This document shows positions 38,601 to 47,898 of a DNA stretch of 64,000 nucleotides, piece by piece. Where the stretch lies: the NCBI GenBank assembly GCA_033549025.1, contig JAWSUS010000008.1, positions 59,905 through 123,904 on the forward strand, read 5' to 3'. The position numbers and the translations under genes are program-made. A model generated the notes under the pieces. That model was not told where the DNA came from. It saw only the letters and a list, made by a program, of their open reading frames with translations, and did no database searches. Positions within the stretch are counted from its first letter, which is position 1, and each line of letters begins with the position of its first letter. Origin of the DNA: Desulfuromonadales bacterium (GTDB taxonomy: Bacteria; Desulfobacterota; Desulfuromonadia; Desulfuromonadales; SZUA-540).

Positions 38601-40408
38601 AAGATCTTTTTACGGTCGAGGGTGACGGTAAAGTCGATTTCATCCTCAACGCACAGATTCAGGTTTTCCATATAGGGAATCAGGTCGTTGAGGAAGCTGT
38701 TATGCAGGCTGTAGAACTGCAACCGGTACGTTTTGCCCTCGAAGGGCCCCCACAGATCGAGGACTTCTTCGCCCCCCTGCAAAACCTGCTCGATGCCCCG
38801 GATATCCCGCACGGCAAACCGGGGATGCAGCAGGGCCTTGTACTCAAGGGGGAAGACATCCTGATAGCGCTTGGCCATCGCCGCCCCTTCGACCTCGCCG
38901 AGGCGATGTTCCAGCTGATTGCGGATTTTAAGATCCCAGGGACGGATTTTCCGGCTCAGTCCGCGCTCGAGGCGATCCATATCGAGGACGATTTTCGACT
39001 GGTCGACGTGAATATGGACATGAAGACTAATGAAGTCGGGACTGATGTGAATGACCTTGGAGACGACCCGTTTCGTCTGGAAAAAGAGGGAAAGATAGTG
39101 CTCGATGCGCGTCACCCGTTCGGACGAATAATAGTTCCGCGGCATGATGACCAGCAGGGTAATGCCCCGCACCGCCAGACTGCGCGTCGCCACAATCTTG
39201 ATGGCGTCGTGCCGGTAGAGCAGAGCGAAGGAACGGACCGTCTGGGTCAGCTCCTCATCACTCATGAAGAAGAGTTCGACCTTGGGAAACGTGTTGAAGA
39301 TTTCATGGGTCTTACGATAATCGTGACTTCCCGGCAATATGTGGAGACGGTTTAAAACGCCTTCAAAGCGTTGCTGCAGCGCCGGTACGTTAAAGGCCAG
39401 CTCGTCGGCGCTGCGGGGAGAGAAGAGCCCCAGGAAGATGTGCTCCAGCTGCCGCCCGTCGGCCATCTCTTCGCGAACGCCGATATAGACGAGCGGATCG
39501 GCCCGGTAGACAAGACTCACCCGCTCGAGCGTATCCACCACCACATCGCGATCCCGCTGCAGGCGGGCGCAGGTCGGCTCATGACAGTCGCCCAAAGGCC
39601 GGGGAGAGGAGAGGTCCACCTCCTCCGGGTCAAAGGGGATGCCGAGGGAATCTTCGACCTGCAGATGCACGGTCGTTGCACCCCGACGGTCTTTGGACAG
39701 ATTCAGGCCATGGTAGCCGAAAGGCAAAAAGTTGCCTTCCTGCAGCCAGCTCCAGAAATCGGCGAAGCCCCCCTTTTTCGCCAGGACCTGCATGTCCTGC
39801 AGGCGGGCGTTCATGGCGGCACCGTCCTGGTGAACGGCCAGGGTGGCCAGGAGCGCTTTACGCACCCCCTGCTCGATCCGCAAAAAGGTCTCGGAGGAAA
39901 CGCCTTCGATTTCAACGATGATAAAAGATTCCTTCGGCCCCACGGCCTCGATGGAGTCGATGGCGACCAGCTTGTCCTGCTGCCGGTGGACGGTCAGAAT
40001 GGGATGGGCGATCAGGCGAAAGTCGATATGATGACTGAGCAGGTAGGATTGCACCGAATCGAGCAGGTAGGATTGCACCGAATCGAGCAGGAAGGGTGCG
40101 TCGGGAGAATTGGTCACCAGCAGAGCGTGCCCTTCCACCTCCAGAGGCTCGAGGGCAACGACCAGCTGCTGCCGCGGCGCTTCAAGCAGGCCGAGAAAGA
40201 TATCCAGCCACGAGGCGATCTGGTCCTCTGAAGCCGCGGCCATATAGGACAACGGCGTGGTGGCACGCAGGGACTCGGCCAGGGCGGCCAGACACTGGTA
40301 CTTGGCATCATCGACCTGGGCTCGATAACCGCGCAATACGGCGTCGATGCGTTGTTCCATTTCCTGGGGCGATACCCCTTGGGTTCCGGATACGACCTTG
40401 ATGTCCAT
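35624..40408 (-). CDS. Large NAD-specific glutamate dehydrogenase
   Basis: 1594 aa; RGGIRWSDR, VAADKGTA, GIGDMSGDVFGNG, DNSAGVDTSDHEVN. Confidence 0.95.
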   Translation of the reverse strand: MDIKVVSGTQGVSPQEMEQRIDAVLRGYRAQVDDAKYQCLAALAESLRATTPLSYMAAASEDQIASWLDIFLGLLEAPRQQLVVALEPLEVEGHALLVTNSPDAPFLLDSVQSYLLDSVQSYLLSHHIDFRLIAHPILTVHRQQDKLVAIDSIEAVGPKESFIIVEIEGVSSETFLRIEQGVRKALLATLAVHQDGAAMNARLQDMQVLAKKGGFADFWSWLQEGNFLPFGYHGLNLSKDRRGATTVHLQVEDSLGIPFDPEEVDLSSPRPLGDCHEPTCARLQRDRDVVVDTLERVSLVYRADPLVYIGVREEMADGRQLEHIFLGLFSPRSADELAFNVPALQQRFEGVLNRLHILPGSHDYRKTHEIFNTFPKVELFFMSDEELTQTVRSFALLYRHDAIKIVATRSLAVRGITLLVIMPRNYYSSERVTRIEHYLSLFFQTKRVVSKVIHISPDFISLHVHIHVDQSKIVLDMDRLERGLSRKIRPWDLKIRNQLEHRLGEVEGAAMAKRYQDVFPLEYKALLHPRFAVRDIRGIEQVLQGGEEVLDLWGPFEGKTYRLQFYSLHNSFLNDLIPYMENLNLCVEDEIDFTVTLDRKKIFIKSFTIRTSPAKALALAEVRPLLLDALQALRRGQVENDYLHGILVLTGLSWQQIDVFRGYRNYYFQLGCPYTKKRVAMALIHNAEVTHLLYRYFEARFLDKPEWADPLKREEEALSPIRMQLITALQDVSDVNEDNILRALFNLIDSTVRTNFYRRAGSKDYFFAFKISAMGIIDMPAPRPLFEVYVHSAAMEGIHLRGGRVARGGIRWSDRPDDFRTEVLGLMKTQMTKNALIVPVGSKGGFVVKTPYSNRDEGAELSKAAYQTLMRGLLDLSDNRVGDTVVRAEGIVAYDEKDPYLVVAADKGTAHLPDTANAVSREYRFWLDDAFASGGSHGYDHKKLGITARGAWECVKSHFRELGQDIQKEPFTVVGIGDMSGDVFGNGMLLSPHIRLVAAFDHRHIFLDPDPDAVATFAERRRLFHLPRSSWDDFNRHLLSEGGGIFARSAKEIPLSPQVRKFLGIRQESIDPNSLIKLLLTAEVDLLWNGGIGTYVKESGEKHEDAGDRNNDAVRVDGNQLRARVVGEGGNLGFTQRARIEFAQNGGRINTDAVDNSAGVDTSDHEVNLKIFMQYLKDKGKIASQQERDRILAEVTDEVCSQVLANNYEQHLCLSLDLRRSQGEIEPYVQLIDSLARSGLLDRRGEFLPSAKDIQARQGQKLTRPELAILMAYSKMQLYQGILESELPRSPEAGDFLLRYFPGPIRRSFLTDLPEHPLAREITATVITNNIINQAGSAFLSALVQQTGKSLIDAAAAYLTFDRMLEGERLRAGLYALDNVLSAERQQALLIRLEEALQSLCHWALLHDVWGSLADKGIETLRENLALFYKTIGGVLPAEIWAGCKDEAAALVEAGLDTEVAHHLSLLDHAADFLPLMTLAEETGGDFYAVAQAFREIRQLLGYGDLLKDVERVPLRDRWDRMARRSLQEGFETVVYDMVRVVLKDHQGNLDALCSLRKQKLRRFQALRESLRGQVAVNFHPFTVLLNAAEGLCV
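40037..40091. repeat. Exact in-frame 24-bp tandem duplication inside gdh
   Basis: GAGCAGGTAGGATTGCACCGAATC x2 + GAGCAGG, giving LLDSVQSY twice. Confidence 0.95.
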
Positions 40409-40553
40409 GCAAAATCTCCAGTGGTTCCGGCAAAAGGTCCGGTTCGGCTCAAAGGACGCCTTTGGCGCAGTAAAAAACGAGGATATCCGCAGTCAAGTCT
40501 CAGGCTAAGACTAATCCATGACGGCTGCTTTGACAAGGGAGGCCACCCGGTCC

Positions 40554-40589
40554 AAAAAAAAGGCGCCGGCTTTGGCAGCGGCGCCTTTG
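40554..40589 (-). terminator. Intrinsic terminator
   Basis: AAAGGCGCCG...CGGCGCCTTT stem with a T tract on the minus strand. Confidence 0.75.
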
Positions 40590-40607
40590 GTCACGGATCA
40601 GGTCAGC

Positions 40608-41510
40608 TTAGCGAGGTGAAAATTCAATGGTTGCCCTGGCTTTAAGCTCGCCGACCCACTCCTGCAGAGCATCGGCGCCGGCCTCTTCCTGCAGAAACTG
40701 ACGGATCTTGGGAGTGGCCTCTTGCAGCGTCAGGGTTTGTGCCTGCTGACGGGAAAGGACCTGGATGAGATGGAAGCCGAACTGGGTTTCCACCACATCC
40801 TGCACAATGCCATTCTCCAGGGAAAAGGCCGCCTCTTCAAAAGGCTTGACCATGTCCCCCCGGGAAAAGTAGCCGAGATCGCCCCCTCGCCCCGCACTGG
40901 GACAGGCCGAGTGTTTTTGGGCCAGGGCGGCGAAATCCTCTTCAGTGGCTTGGTCCAGCAGGTCACGGGCCTGGGCCAGGGCCCCTTCCCGATCGTCCCC
41001 TTTGACTTTGATGAGAATGTGGCTGGCGCGGACCTTTTCGGGCGACTGCATCTTTTCGGGATAGCGATGGTAGATCTCTTCGACCTTTTCGGCGCCAGGT
41101 TCCGGCAGTTTGGCCAGCTTTGCGGCGATCAGGCGATTGACGGTCAGATCCTGCTGAATCATGCGCCGATAGACCGCCGGTTCGATCCCGGCCTTCTGCA
41201 GCGTGCCGTAGAATTCGTCTTCCGTCGGGAAGTTCCGGACGATCTTGGCCATCTCCTCGGAGACCGCCTTTTCATCGGCGACCGTGCCCTGGGAAAGGGC
41301 TTCCTGAAAAATCAGCTCACGGGCGAGCAGTTTTTCCTCGGCGAGTTCTTCCATGGCATGCAGTTCATCGGCCGAGAGCTGATCCATGGTTTTACGGTAA
41401 CGGTCCATGGCGTAACCCTGAATAGCGTTCTGGTATTCAAAGGCGCTGATGGGCCGCCCATTGACTTTGCAAAAACAATCGGACACGTCATATCCTCCTG
41501 CCGCCGCCAT
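40608..41510 (-). CDS. PpiC-type peptidyl-prolyl isomerase (SurA/NifM-like)
   Basis: VRASHILI, HSACPS..GGDLGYF, ETQFGFHLI. Confidence 0.9.
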   Translation of the reverse strand: MAAAGGYDVSDCFCKVNGRPISAFEYQNAIQGYAMDRYRKTMDQLSADELHAMEELAEEKLLARELIFQEALSQGTVADEKAVSEEMAKIVRNFPTEDEFYGTLQKAGIEPAVYRRMIQQDLTVNRLIAAKLAKLPEPGAEKVEEIYHRYPEKMQSPEKVRASHILIKVKGDDREGALAQARDLLDQATEEDFAALAQKHSACPSAGRGGDLGYFSRGDMVKPFEEAAFSLENGIVQDVVETQFGFHLIQVLSRQQAQTLTLQEATPKIRQFLQEEAGADALQEWVGELKARATIEFSPR

Positions 41511-41522
41511 TTGGCAGGGCGA

Positions 41523-42329
41523 TTAAGGGTTGAAAGATGCCTTGAGTTCGGTGGCCAGTTGGCTGAATTCGGACAGGGTCAAGGTTTCGCCGCGCCGGCC
41601 AGGGTCGATTTCAGTCCGGGCCAGCGCCCCATCCACCTGCGCGGCCGTGAAGCCGGAACCCGTCAGGGAGTTGCGCAGGGTCTTGCGGCGCTGGGCAAAA
41701 GAGGCCTTGACCACCTTGCGAAAGAACACGGGATCCTCAATAGCGACCCTCGGCTCTGAGCGGGCCTCAAACTCCAGGACGATGGAATGCACCTTGGGGG
41801 GCGGATTGAAAGCCCCTGGCGGCACGTTCACCACCTTCTGGATATCAAACCAGACCTGACAGAGCACCGAGAGAATGCCATAGTCGCGTGTGCCGGGGCC
41901 CGCCGCAAGACGGTCGCCCACCTCTTTCTGAAACATCAGCACCAGCCGGGAAAAGAGGTGGCGATGGTCGAGTATTTTGAAGAGAATCTGACTGGAGATA
42001 TTGTAGGGGAGATTGGCCACCAGCTTGTAGGGAGGCTCGGTGAGAATGTTGGCCCAGTCCAGATGCAGGGCGTCCCCTTCAAAGACGGCCAGGTTCGACT
42101 CGGTTCTGCGCGAGAGCCGTTCGACCAGGTTGCGGTCGACCTCCATGACCACCACCTGCCCGGCTACGGGCAGCATCCGGTCGGTCAACACACCGAGGCC
42201 CGGGCCGATTTCCAGCACACGATCCGCCGAGGACAACTCGGCAGCGGCGAGGATCCGGTCGATTACATGAACATCGTGCAGAAAGTTCTGCCCGAAACGT
42301 TTTTGAGGGCGATGATAGGATTGTTCCAT
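41523..42329 (-). CDS. rsmA: 16S rRNA m6,6A dimethyltransferase
   Basis: FGQNFL, EIGPGLG, ANLPYNIS. Confidence 0.97.
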   Translation of the reverse strand: MEQSYHRPQKRFGQNFLHDVHVIDRILAAAELSSADRVLEIGPGLGVLTDRMLPVAGQVVVMEVDRNLVERLSRRTESNLAVFEGDALHLDWANILTEPPYKLVANLPYNISSQILFKILDHRHLFSRLVLMFQKEVGDRLAAGPGTRDYGILSVLCQVWFDIQKVVNVPPGAFNPPPKVHSIVLEFEARSEPRVAIEDPVFFRKVVKASFAQRRKTLRNSLTGSGFTAAQVDGALARTEIDPGRRGETLTLSEFSQLATELKASFNP

Positions 42330-42339
42330 GTCAGCTCAT

Positions 42340-42822
42340 TCAGAAAGGGCGACGCGGTCTCGGCCAGCGCGAAATCCGCATCGTCTTGACAATAGGGATA
42401 AGACGCAGGGTTAGCGCATAGGTCAGCGAAGCGCAGAGAAATCCGTAGATGAGACCGCCGACAGACAGGGGCAGCAGAACCTCGAAACCAAGATCCTTAA
42501 AGGCGGCGAAACTGAATTCGACGGGCAGCCTGGCGCGTTCCATGCCCAGCAGAAGTCGACCTGATTCGTATTCGAGGGCGTAGATAACCGGTGCCGTCAA
42601 CGGGTTGGTGACCCACACGCCGACCAGGGCGGCAATACGGTTTTCACGCAGCAAAAAAGCCAGAAAAACGGCGATAATCATCTGAAATCCGAAAGTCGGG
42701 GTCATCCCAACCAGGACTCCAAGGGCCAGGCCTTTGGCAATCTCGTCCGGCGACTTGCGCAGGCGGACAAGCAGAAGCAGATTCAACTTAAGTTGCCGGA
42801 CCAGGGAAAAACGCCGCCACAT
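42340..42822 (-). CDS. DUF2062 membrane protein
   Basis: SPDEIAKGLALG..GMTP, WVTNPLT. Confidence 0.85.
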   Translation of the reverse strand: MWRRFSLVRQLKLNLLLLVRLRKSPDEIAKGLALGVLVGMTPTFGFQMIIAVFLAFLLRENRIAALVGVWVTNPLTAPVIYALEYESGRLLLGMERARLPVEFSFAAFKDLGFEVLLPLSVGGLIYGFLCASLTYALTLRLIPIVKTMRISRWPRPRRPF

Positions 42823-42831
42823 AAATTAGGC

Positions 42832-43857
42832 TCATTCTCCAGGGAACAGGCCGGCCTGATCCAGGGGCCAACTGGCAACAGCGTTGAGATCAAGGGGCCC
42901 CCTGCACCCGGACTCCAGGTAGGTATTGCCGGCGACAGCCAGCATGGCGGCGTTGTCGCCGCATAGACCCGGCGAAGGGAAAAACACCTCCAAGCCTTTT
43001 TTAACCCCCTCTTTTTGAAACGATTGACGCAGCCCCCGGTTGCAGGCTACTCCGCCCGCGACGACGATGCGCGAGAGTCCGTGTTCTTCCGCCGCCCGCA
43101 GGGTCTTGCGGGTAAGAACCTCGACAACAGCGGTCTGGAACCCGGCGGCGATATTTCGCAAAGTCGCCTCATCCACCTCCGTTTTAAGATTGCGTACATG
43201 ATTCAGCACAGCCGTCTTGATGCCGCTGAAGCTGAAATCGAGATTTTGCTGGTGCAGAAGGGGACGGGGAAAAAGGATGGCCTCGGGGTCTCCCTCGGCA
43301 GCCAGCCGATCGATGATCTGACCGCCGGGATACCCCAGTCCCAGCAGCTTGGCCACCTTGTCAAAAGCCTCACCGGCGGCGTCATCGAGGGTTCTGCCCA
43401 GTACGGTATACCGCCCGATGCCGTCGACCTGATAGAGATGGGTGTGCCCCCCGGATACGGCCAGCGCGAGAAAAGGGAACGCAATGTCCTGCTCCAGCAG
43501 GGGCGAAAGAATGTGCCCCTCGATATGGTGAACCCCCACCATAGGGATACCGCGGGCAAAGGCCATGGCCTTGGCCACGGAAAGACCGACCAGCAGGGAG
43601 CCCACGAGGCCGGGACCGCGGGTGACGGCAATCCCCTCGATTTCCTCCAGGGAAACCCGGGCTTTTTCCAGGGCCTCGTCGATGACCACGGAGATGGCCT
43701 CTACGTGCTTGCGCGAAGCCAGTTCCGGCACGACCCCGCCATAGCGGGCGTGGATATCGACCTGGGAGGCGATGACATTGGATAAAACCTCGCGGCCATG
43801 GCGCACCACGGCGGCGGAAGTTTCATCGCAGGAAGATTCAATGGCGAGTACGAGCAT
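42832..43857 (-). CDS. tsaD: tRNA t6A threonylcarbamoyltransferase
   Basis: IESSCDET, GGVVPELASR, HHIEGH, DDAAGEAFDK, DNAAM. Confidence 0.97.
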   Translation of the reverse strand: MLVLAIESSCDETSAAVVRHGREVLSNVIASQVDIHARYGGVVPELASRKHVEAISVVIDEALEKARVSLEEIEGIAVTRGPGLVGSLLVGLSVAKAMAFARGIPMVGVHHIEGHILSPLLEQDIAFPFLALAVSGGHTHLYQVDGIGRYTVLGRTLDDAAGEAFDKVAKLLGLGYPGGQIIDRLAAEGDPEAILFPRPLLHQQNLDFSFSGIKTAVLNHVRNLKTEVDEATLRNIAAGFQTAVVEVLTRKTLRAAEEHGLSRIVVAGGVACNRGLRQSFQKEGVKKGLEVFFPSPGLCGDNAAMLAVAGNTYLESGCRGPLDLNAVASWPLDQAGLFPGE

Positions 43858-43886
43858 TCTAAATAGTCTTCAAAGTAGCTAAGGTT

Positions 43887-45203
43887 CTACAACAGGTTGG
43901 CCGCCAATTCGGCCAGCTGGGAGCGTTCCCCCTTGGTCAGGGTGACATGGCCGGCAATTTCCTGCCCCTTGAACTTCTCGACCGTGTAGGTCAGACCATT
44001 GCTGGACGAATCGACATAGGGATTGTCGATCTGGTACGGGTCGCCGGTAAGGACGATCTTGGTCCCCTCCCCGGCCCGGGTGATGATGGTTTTTATCTCG
44101 TGCGGAGTCAGGTTCTGGGCCTCATCGACGATCATGTACTGCTTGGGGATGGAACGGCCGCGGATATAGGTCAAAGGTTCGATCTCCATCAGCCCCATGT
44201 CGACGAGTTCCTTGTAGCCCCTTTTGCGCTTGCCACGTTCCTCCACCGCCCCCAGCAGCAGTTCGACGTTGTCGAAAATGGGCTGCATCCACGGCGCCAG
44301 CTTTTCTTCGACATCACCCGGCAGAAACCCGAGGTCCTTCCCCATGGGAAAAACAGGACGGGACACCAGCAGCCGGCTGAAGGATCCTTCATCGGCGGAC
44401 TTGAACAAACCAGCGGCGATCGCCAGCAGGGTTTTACCGGTGCCGGCCTTGCCGACCAGAGTCACCAGCTGCACGTCGTCATCAAGCAGCAGGTCCAGGG
44501 CGAACTGCTGCTCGCGATTGCGGGGCAGAATGCCCCACACACCGTCCTTGGGAGGGCGAACCAGGGGATTGAGGCGTTCCATCTTGGCGTTGTAGCGCCC
44601 AATGGCGGTATGGGAAGGATTGGACGCCTCGGCCAGGGTGATGCCCTGGTTGGGGTAATAGGGTCCCGAAAAATCCAGATAGCCCTGACCGTAGAAGCGG
44701 TCGACCTCGTCCTTGTTGACCACAACCTGGGCCGTGCCCGAATAGAGTTCCTCGATGGAGACCTTATCCGACTCGTAATCCTCGGCCCGCAGACCGATGG
44801 CATCGGCCTTGATGCGCAGGTTGGTATCCTTGGTAACAAAAATGACCGGACAGGAGCACTGCTTTTTCATGTCCATGGCGACAGCCAGGATACGGTTGTC
44901 CCCACGATCCGCCCGCAGTTCGGGCGGCAGCAGCTTCATGGAGCCTTCGGTGTAGAGCACAACTTTGAGAATGCCACCACCTTCGAGAGGCACGCCGTCG
45001 ACCAGGGGAGCCTTTTGACGGAAGCCATCGAGAATCCGTGAAATCTGACGGGCGTTGCGACCCGTCTCACTGAGATCCTTCTTGAAATTATCAACCTCTT
45101 CAATAACCGTGATGGGAATGATGACGTCATTGTCTTCAAATTTAAAAATGGCCTGAGGATCATGGAGAAGTACGTTGGTGTCGAGGATGAAGGTCTTTTT
45201 CAT
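43887..45203 (-). CDS. PIN-PhoH family protein
   Basis: ILDTNVLLHDP PIN domain, GKAGTGKT, RGRSI, DEAQN. Confidence 0.93.
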   Translation of the reverse strand: MKKTFILDTNVLLHDPQAIFKFEDNDVIIPITVIEEVDNFKKDLSETGRNARQISRILDGFRQKAPLVDGVPLEGGGILKVVLYTEGSMKLLPPELRADRGDNRILAVAMDMKKQCSCPVIFVTKDTNLRIKADAIGLRAEDYESDKVSIEELYSGTAQVVVNKDEVDRFYGQGYLDFSGPYYPNQGITLAEASNPSHTAIGRYNAKMERLNPLVRPPKDGVWGILPRNREQQFALDLLLDDDVQLVTLVGKAGTGKTLLAIAAGLFKSADEGSFSRLLVSRPVFPMGKDLGFLPGDVEEKLAPWMQPIFDNVELLLGAVEERGKRKRGYKELVDMGLMEIEPLTYIRGRSIPKQYMIVDEAQNLTPHEIKTIITRAGEGTKIVLTGDPYQIDNPYVDSSSNGLTYTVEKFKGQEIAGHVTLTKGERSQLAELAANLL

Positions 45204-45238
45204 ACGATCCTTTCTTGGGTCGGGGCGGGCTGGTCGAA

Positions 45239-46390
45239 TCAGGCCTCTGGGCGTGACAGAATGGCATCCACCGCCGTGAGAAAACAATCGATATCGTCAA
45301 CCGTGTTGAAGAAACCGGGGCTCACGCGCACGGTCCCCCGCGGAAAGGTGCCGATGGTTCGATGCGCGGCAGGAGCGCAGTGCAGGCCGACCCGGCAGCA
45401 GATCTGGTGCTCGTGATCGAGCAGAAAACCGACTTCGGCCGGATCCCGATCGGCCAGATTAAAGGAAACGGCGCCACCATGATAGCGGAAATCCCGCGGC
45501 CCGTACAGTTCGACGCCCTTTACTTGCCGGAGGCCATCCATCAGGCGCTGCAGCAGCGTTCTTTCGTGGGCGCGAATGGCCTCGATTCCCGTTTGGGCGA
45601 TAAACTCGACACCCGCCTTGAGTCCGGCCAGTCCCGGGGTGTTGACCGTCCCGCTTTCCAGATGTTCGGGCATCGCTTCGGGCTGGCTCAGGGAATGGGA
45701 GGCATTGCCGGTCCCCCCGTAAAGAAGGGGCTTGAGGTTCAGGCCGGGATGGACGTAAAGAAATCCCGTGCCCTGGGGACCGTAGAGACCTTTGTGTCCG
45801 GGAACCGCCAACAGGTCGATGGCGAGGGCAGCGACATTGAGGGCAAACAGGCCGGCGCTCTGAGCGGCATCGACCATGAAGAGGATGCCTTCCCTGCGGC
45901 ACCAGGGGCCGATCTCTTCGATGGGCTGGAGGGTTCCCGTGACGTTGGAACAATGGTTGAGAATGACCAGTCGTGTTTTTTCCCGACAGGCCCGCTTCAC
46001 GTCCTCGGGATCGATGAATCCCTGCGAATCGGCCGGAACCTGGACGACCTGGACGCCCATTTCCTGCAGAGCGAAAAGAGGCCGCGCCACGGCATTGTGC
46101 TCCATGCCGGAGGTAACGACCCGGTCCCCGGCCTTGAGCAGACCGAAAAGCGCCAGGTTGATGGCTTCGGTCGCGTTGGCCGTAAAAGCGATGCGGGAAG
46201 AGTCCTCAATGACGAAAAGGTCGGCCAGGGCGGCGCGGGTTTCATAGACCAGGCGGCTGGCCTCGACGGCCAGCTGATACCCTCCCCGGCCCGGGCTGGC
46301 CCCGATGGTGCGCATGGTTCTGTCAACAGCGCGATAAACCGACTCGGGCTTGGGATAGGAAGTCGCTGCGTTGTCCAGATATAAAGCCAT
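45239..46390 (-). CDS. Class V aminotransferase / cysteine desulfurase family protein
   Basis: YLDNAATS, PGHKGLYGPQG, RVGLHCAP. Confidence 0.9.
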   Translation of the reverse strand: MALYLDNAATSYPKPESVYRAVDRTMRTIGASPGRGGYQLAVEASRLVYETRAALADLFVIEDSSRIAFTANATEAINLALFGLLKAGDRVVTSGMEHNAVARPLFALQEMGVQVVQVPADSQGFIDPEDVKRACREKTRLVILNHCSNVTGTLQPIEEIGPWCRREGILFMVDAAQSAGLFALNVAALAIDLLAVPGHKGLYGPQGTGFLYVHPGLNLKPLLYGGTGNASHSLSQPEAMPEHLESGTVNTPGLAGLKAGVEFIAQTGIEAIRAHERTLLQRLMDGLRQVKGVELYGPRDFRYHGGAVSFNLADRDPAEVGFLLDHEHQICCRVGLHCAPAAHRTIGTFPRGTVRVSPGFFNTVDDIDCFLTAVDAILSRPEA

Positions 46391-46597
46391 AAACACTCAA
46401 AAAAGATTGGTAGACGGGGCCCTAGCCTGCCTGTGCATTATGACAGGCGACAGCAAAACAGGCAACCAGACATTGCACGGCCTCCATTTTAAGCTGCCGA
46501 TGAAAGCGGCATAATTACCATTGCCGGCCAAGGTTGGCAACCTCTTTCGACGGGGGAAATCCACGGGGAAGGAACGACTTGGGCAAAACGCGGGAGA

Positions 46598-47656
46598 TCA
46601 GATCTCTACATCGGCATCGGGCAGAATGTGAACCTGACCGGAAACGTCGCGGTGGAGGAAGAGAAGCGTATCGAGGTGCCGTAACAAGGTGTCCAGATTG
46701 TGGCCATCCTTCGGGAAAGAAACCACGGCAGCGCTGGCTGATACCGGTCCGGCGGCGGCAACAGGCAGGTCCCGGTGGGACTTCTGCGCAATAAGATGGC
46801 ACCCTTCCCGGGCAAGTTTTAGGGCCTCTTCCAGCGGCGTCTCGGGAAGAATGGCCATGAATTCCTCTCCGCCATAGCGAAAAAGGGTGTCGAATTCCCG
46901 AAAAGACTCCCTGAGCAAGCGGGCTACCGTTTTAAGAACGAGATCGCCGTTGGAATGGCCGAAACTGTCATTGAAGCGCCTGAAGTCGTCTATATCGAAA
47001 AGAATGAGAGAAAAAGGAAAGCCATAATACTGGGAACGCGAGAGTTCCTGCTGGAATAGAGATTTGAACTGATGTTGATTATACAGACGCGTCAGGGGGT
47101 CGGTGCGGGTGAAAAAGTCGGCCTGGGTACGGATTTGCGCATTGTCAATACAGAGAGCGGCAAAGGAGGCGATGATGGAGAACATCTGGATCTGAGAGTC
47201 GTGAATCTGACGGGGCTCGAAATCGTCCAGATAAAAGATGCCGACCACGTTGTTCCGGCATTTAAGGGGAGAAGCCACCAGGGAACGAATGCCCTCTTTT
47301 TCCAAAGGCCAAGGGGTCACCGAGAAGGCCATCTGCGTATCTTCGATGACGAAAACCTCGCCCCGCTGGAGTATTCTCTGGGTGACATCCCCCTCTTCAA
47401 CCACCCAACGGTCGCGGGCCACAAATTGAGGGCTCAACCCCCGGTGCGCGTGCAGAACCAGCTGCCGGGTCTCCTCCTCATACAGGGCGATGCTTCCGGC
47501 CGGCATGGAAAGGCTTTCCATGCCAATGCGCAGCAGTTTGGCCAGCAGTTCGTCAAGTTTCTGTGGCGACAAAGCCACCTGGGACGCCTTGAAGAGCTCC
47601 TGCAGTTGCCGATTGCTGGCCGCCGTTGACTTCAGACCTTCCATCCATGCTGTCAT
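46598..47656 (-). CDS. GAF-GGDEF diguanylate cyclase
   Basis: GAF region, then DPLTRLYN, FNDSFGH, RYGGEEF. Confidence 0.9.
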   Translation of the reverse strand: MTAWMEGLKSTAASNRQLQELFKASQVALSPQKLDELLAKLLRIGMESLSMPAGSIALYEEETRQLVLHAHRGLSPQFVARDRWVVEEGDVTQRILQRGEVFVIEDTQMAFSVTPWPLEKEGIRSLVASPLKCRNNVVGIFYLDDFEPRQIHDSQIQMFSIIASFAALCIDNAQIRTQADFFTRTDPLTRLYNQHQFKSLFQQELSRSQYYGFPFSLILFDIDDFRRFNDSFGHSNGDLVLKTVARLLRESFREFDTLFRYGGEEFMAILPETPLEEALKLAREGCHLIAQKSHRDLPVAAAGPVSASAAVVSFPKDGHNLDTLLRHLDTLLFLHRDVSGQVHILPDADVEI

Positions 47657-47779
47657 CGCACCACACCCTCCATAAAACATCGTTTTATCATATTAATGAA
47701 AAGTGTAAAGATAAATTTTTTGACACAATTAATACCTTTTTGGTTATTTTTAAAAATCCCCCAAGGACTTCCTTGACAA

Positions 47780-47826
47780 CCACGACATCTTGTGGAATAT
47801 ATCTGGACGACCACAGAATATTGAGT
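47780..47826 (+). promoter_or_regulatory. Tandem NrdR boxes overlapping the nrdJ promoter
   Basis: CCACGACATCTTGTGG (47780) and CCACAGAATATTGAGT (47811), 31 bp apart, next to TTGACA at 47773. Confidence 0.7.
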
Positions 47827-47898
47827 ATCCCGGCAATTTACTGGTCCATGGACCAGCCGCACTTTGTTTTCCTCAGTTTTGACAAAAAAGGACGCCTT

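Noticed and set aside
46400..46597. Riboswitch between the diguanylate cyclase and desulfurase genes
   Set aside because: Only weak hairpins; no recognisable c-di-GMP or other aptamer consensus.
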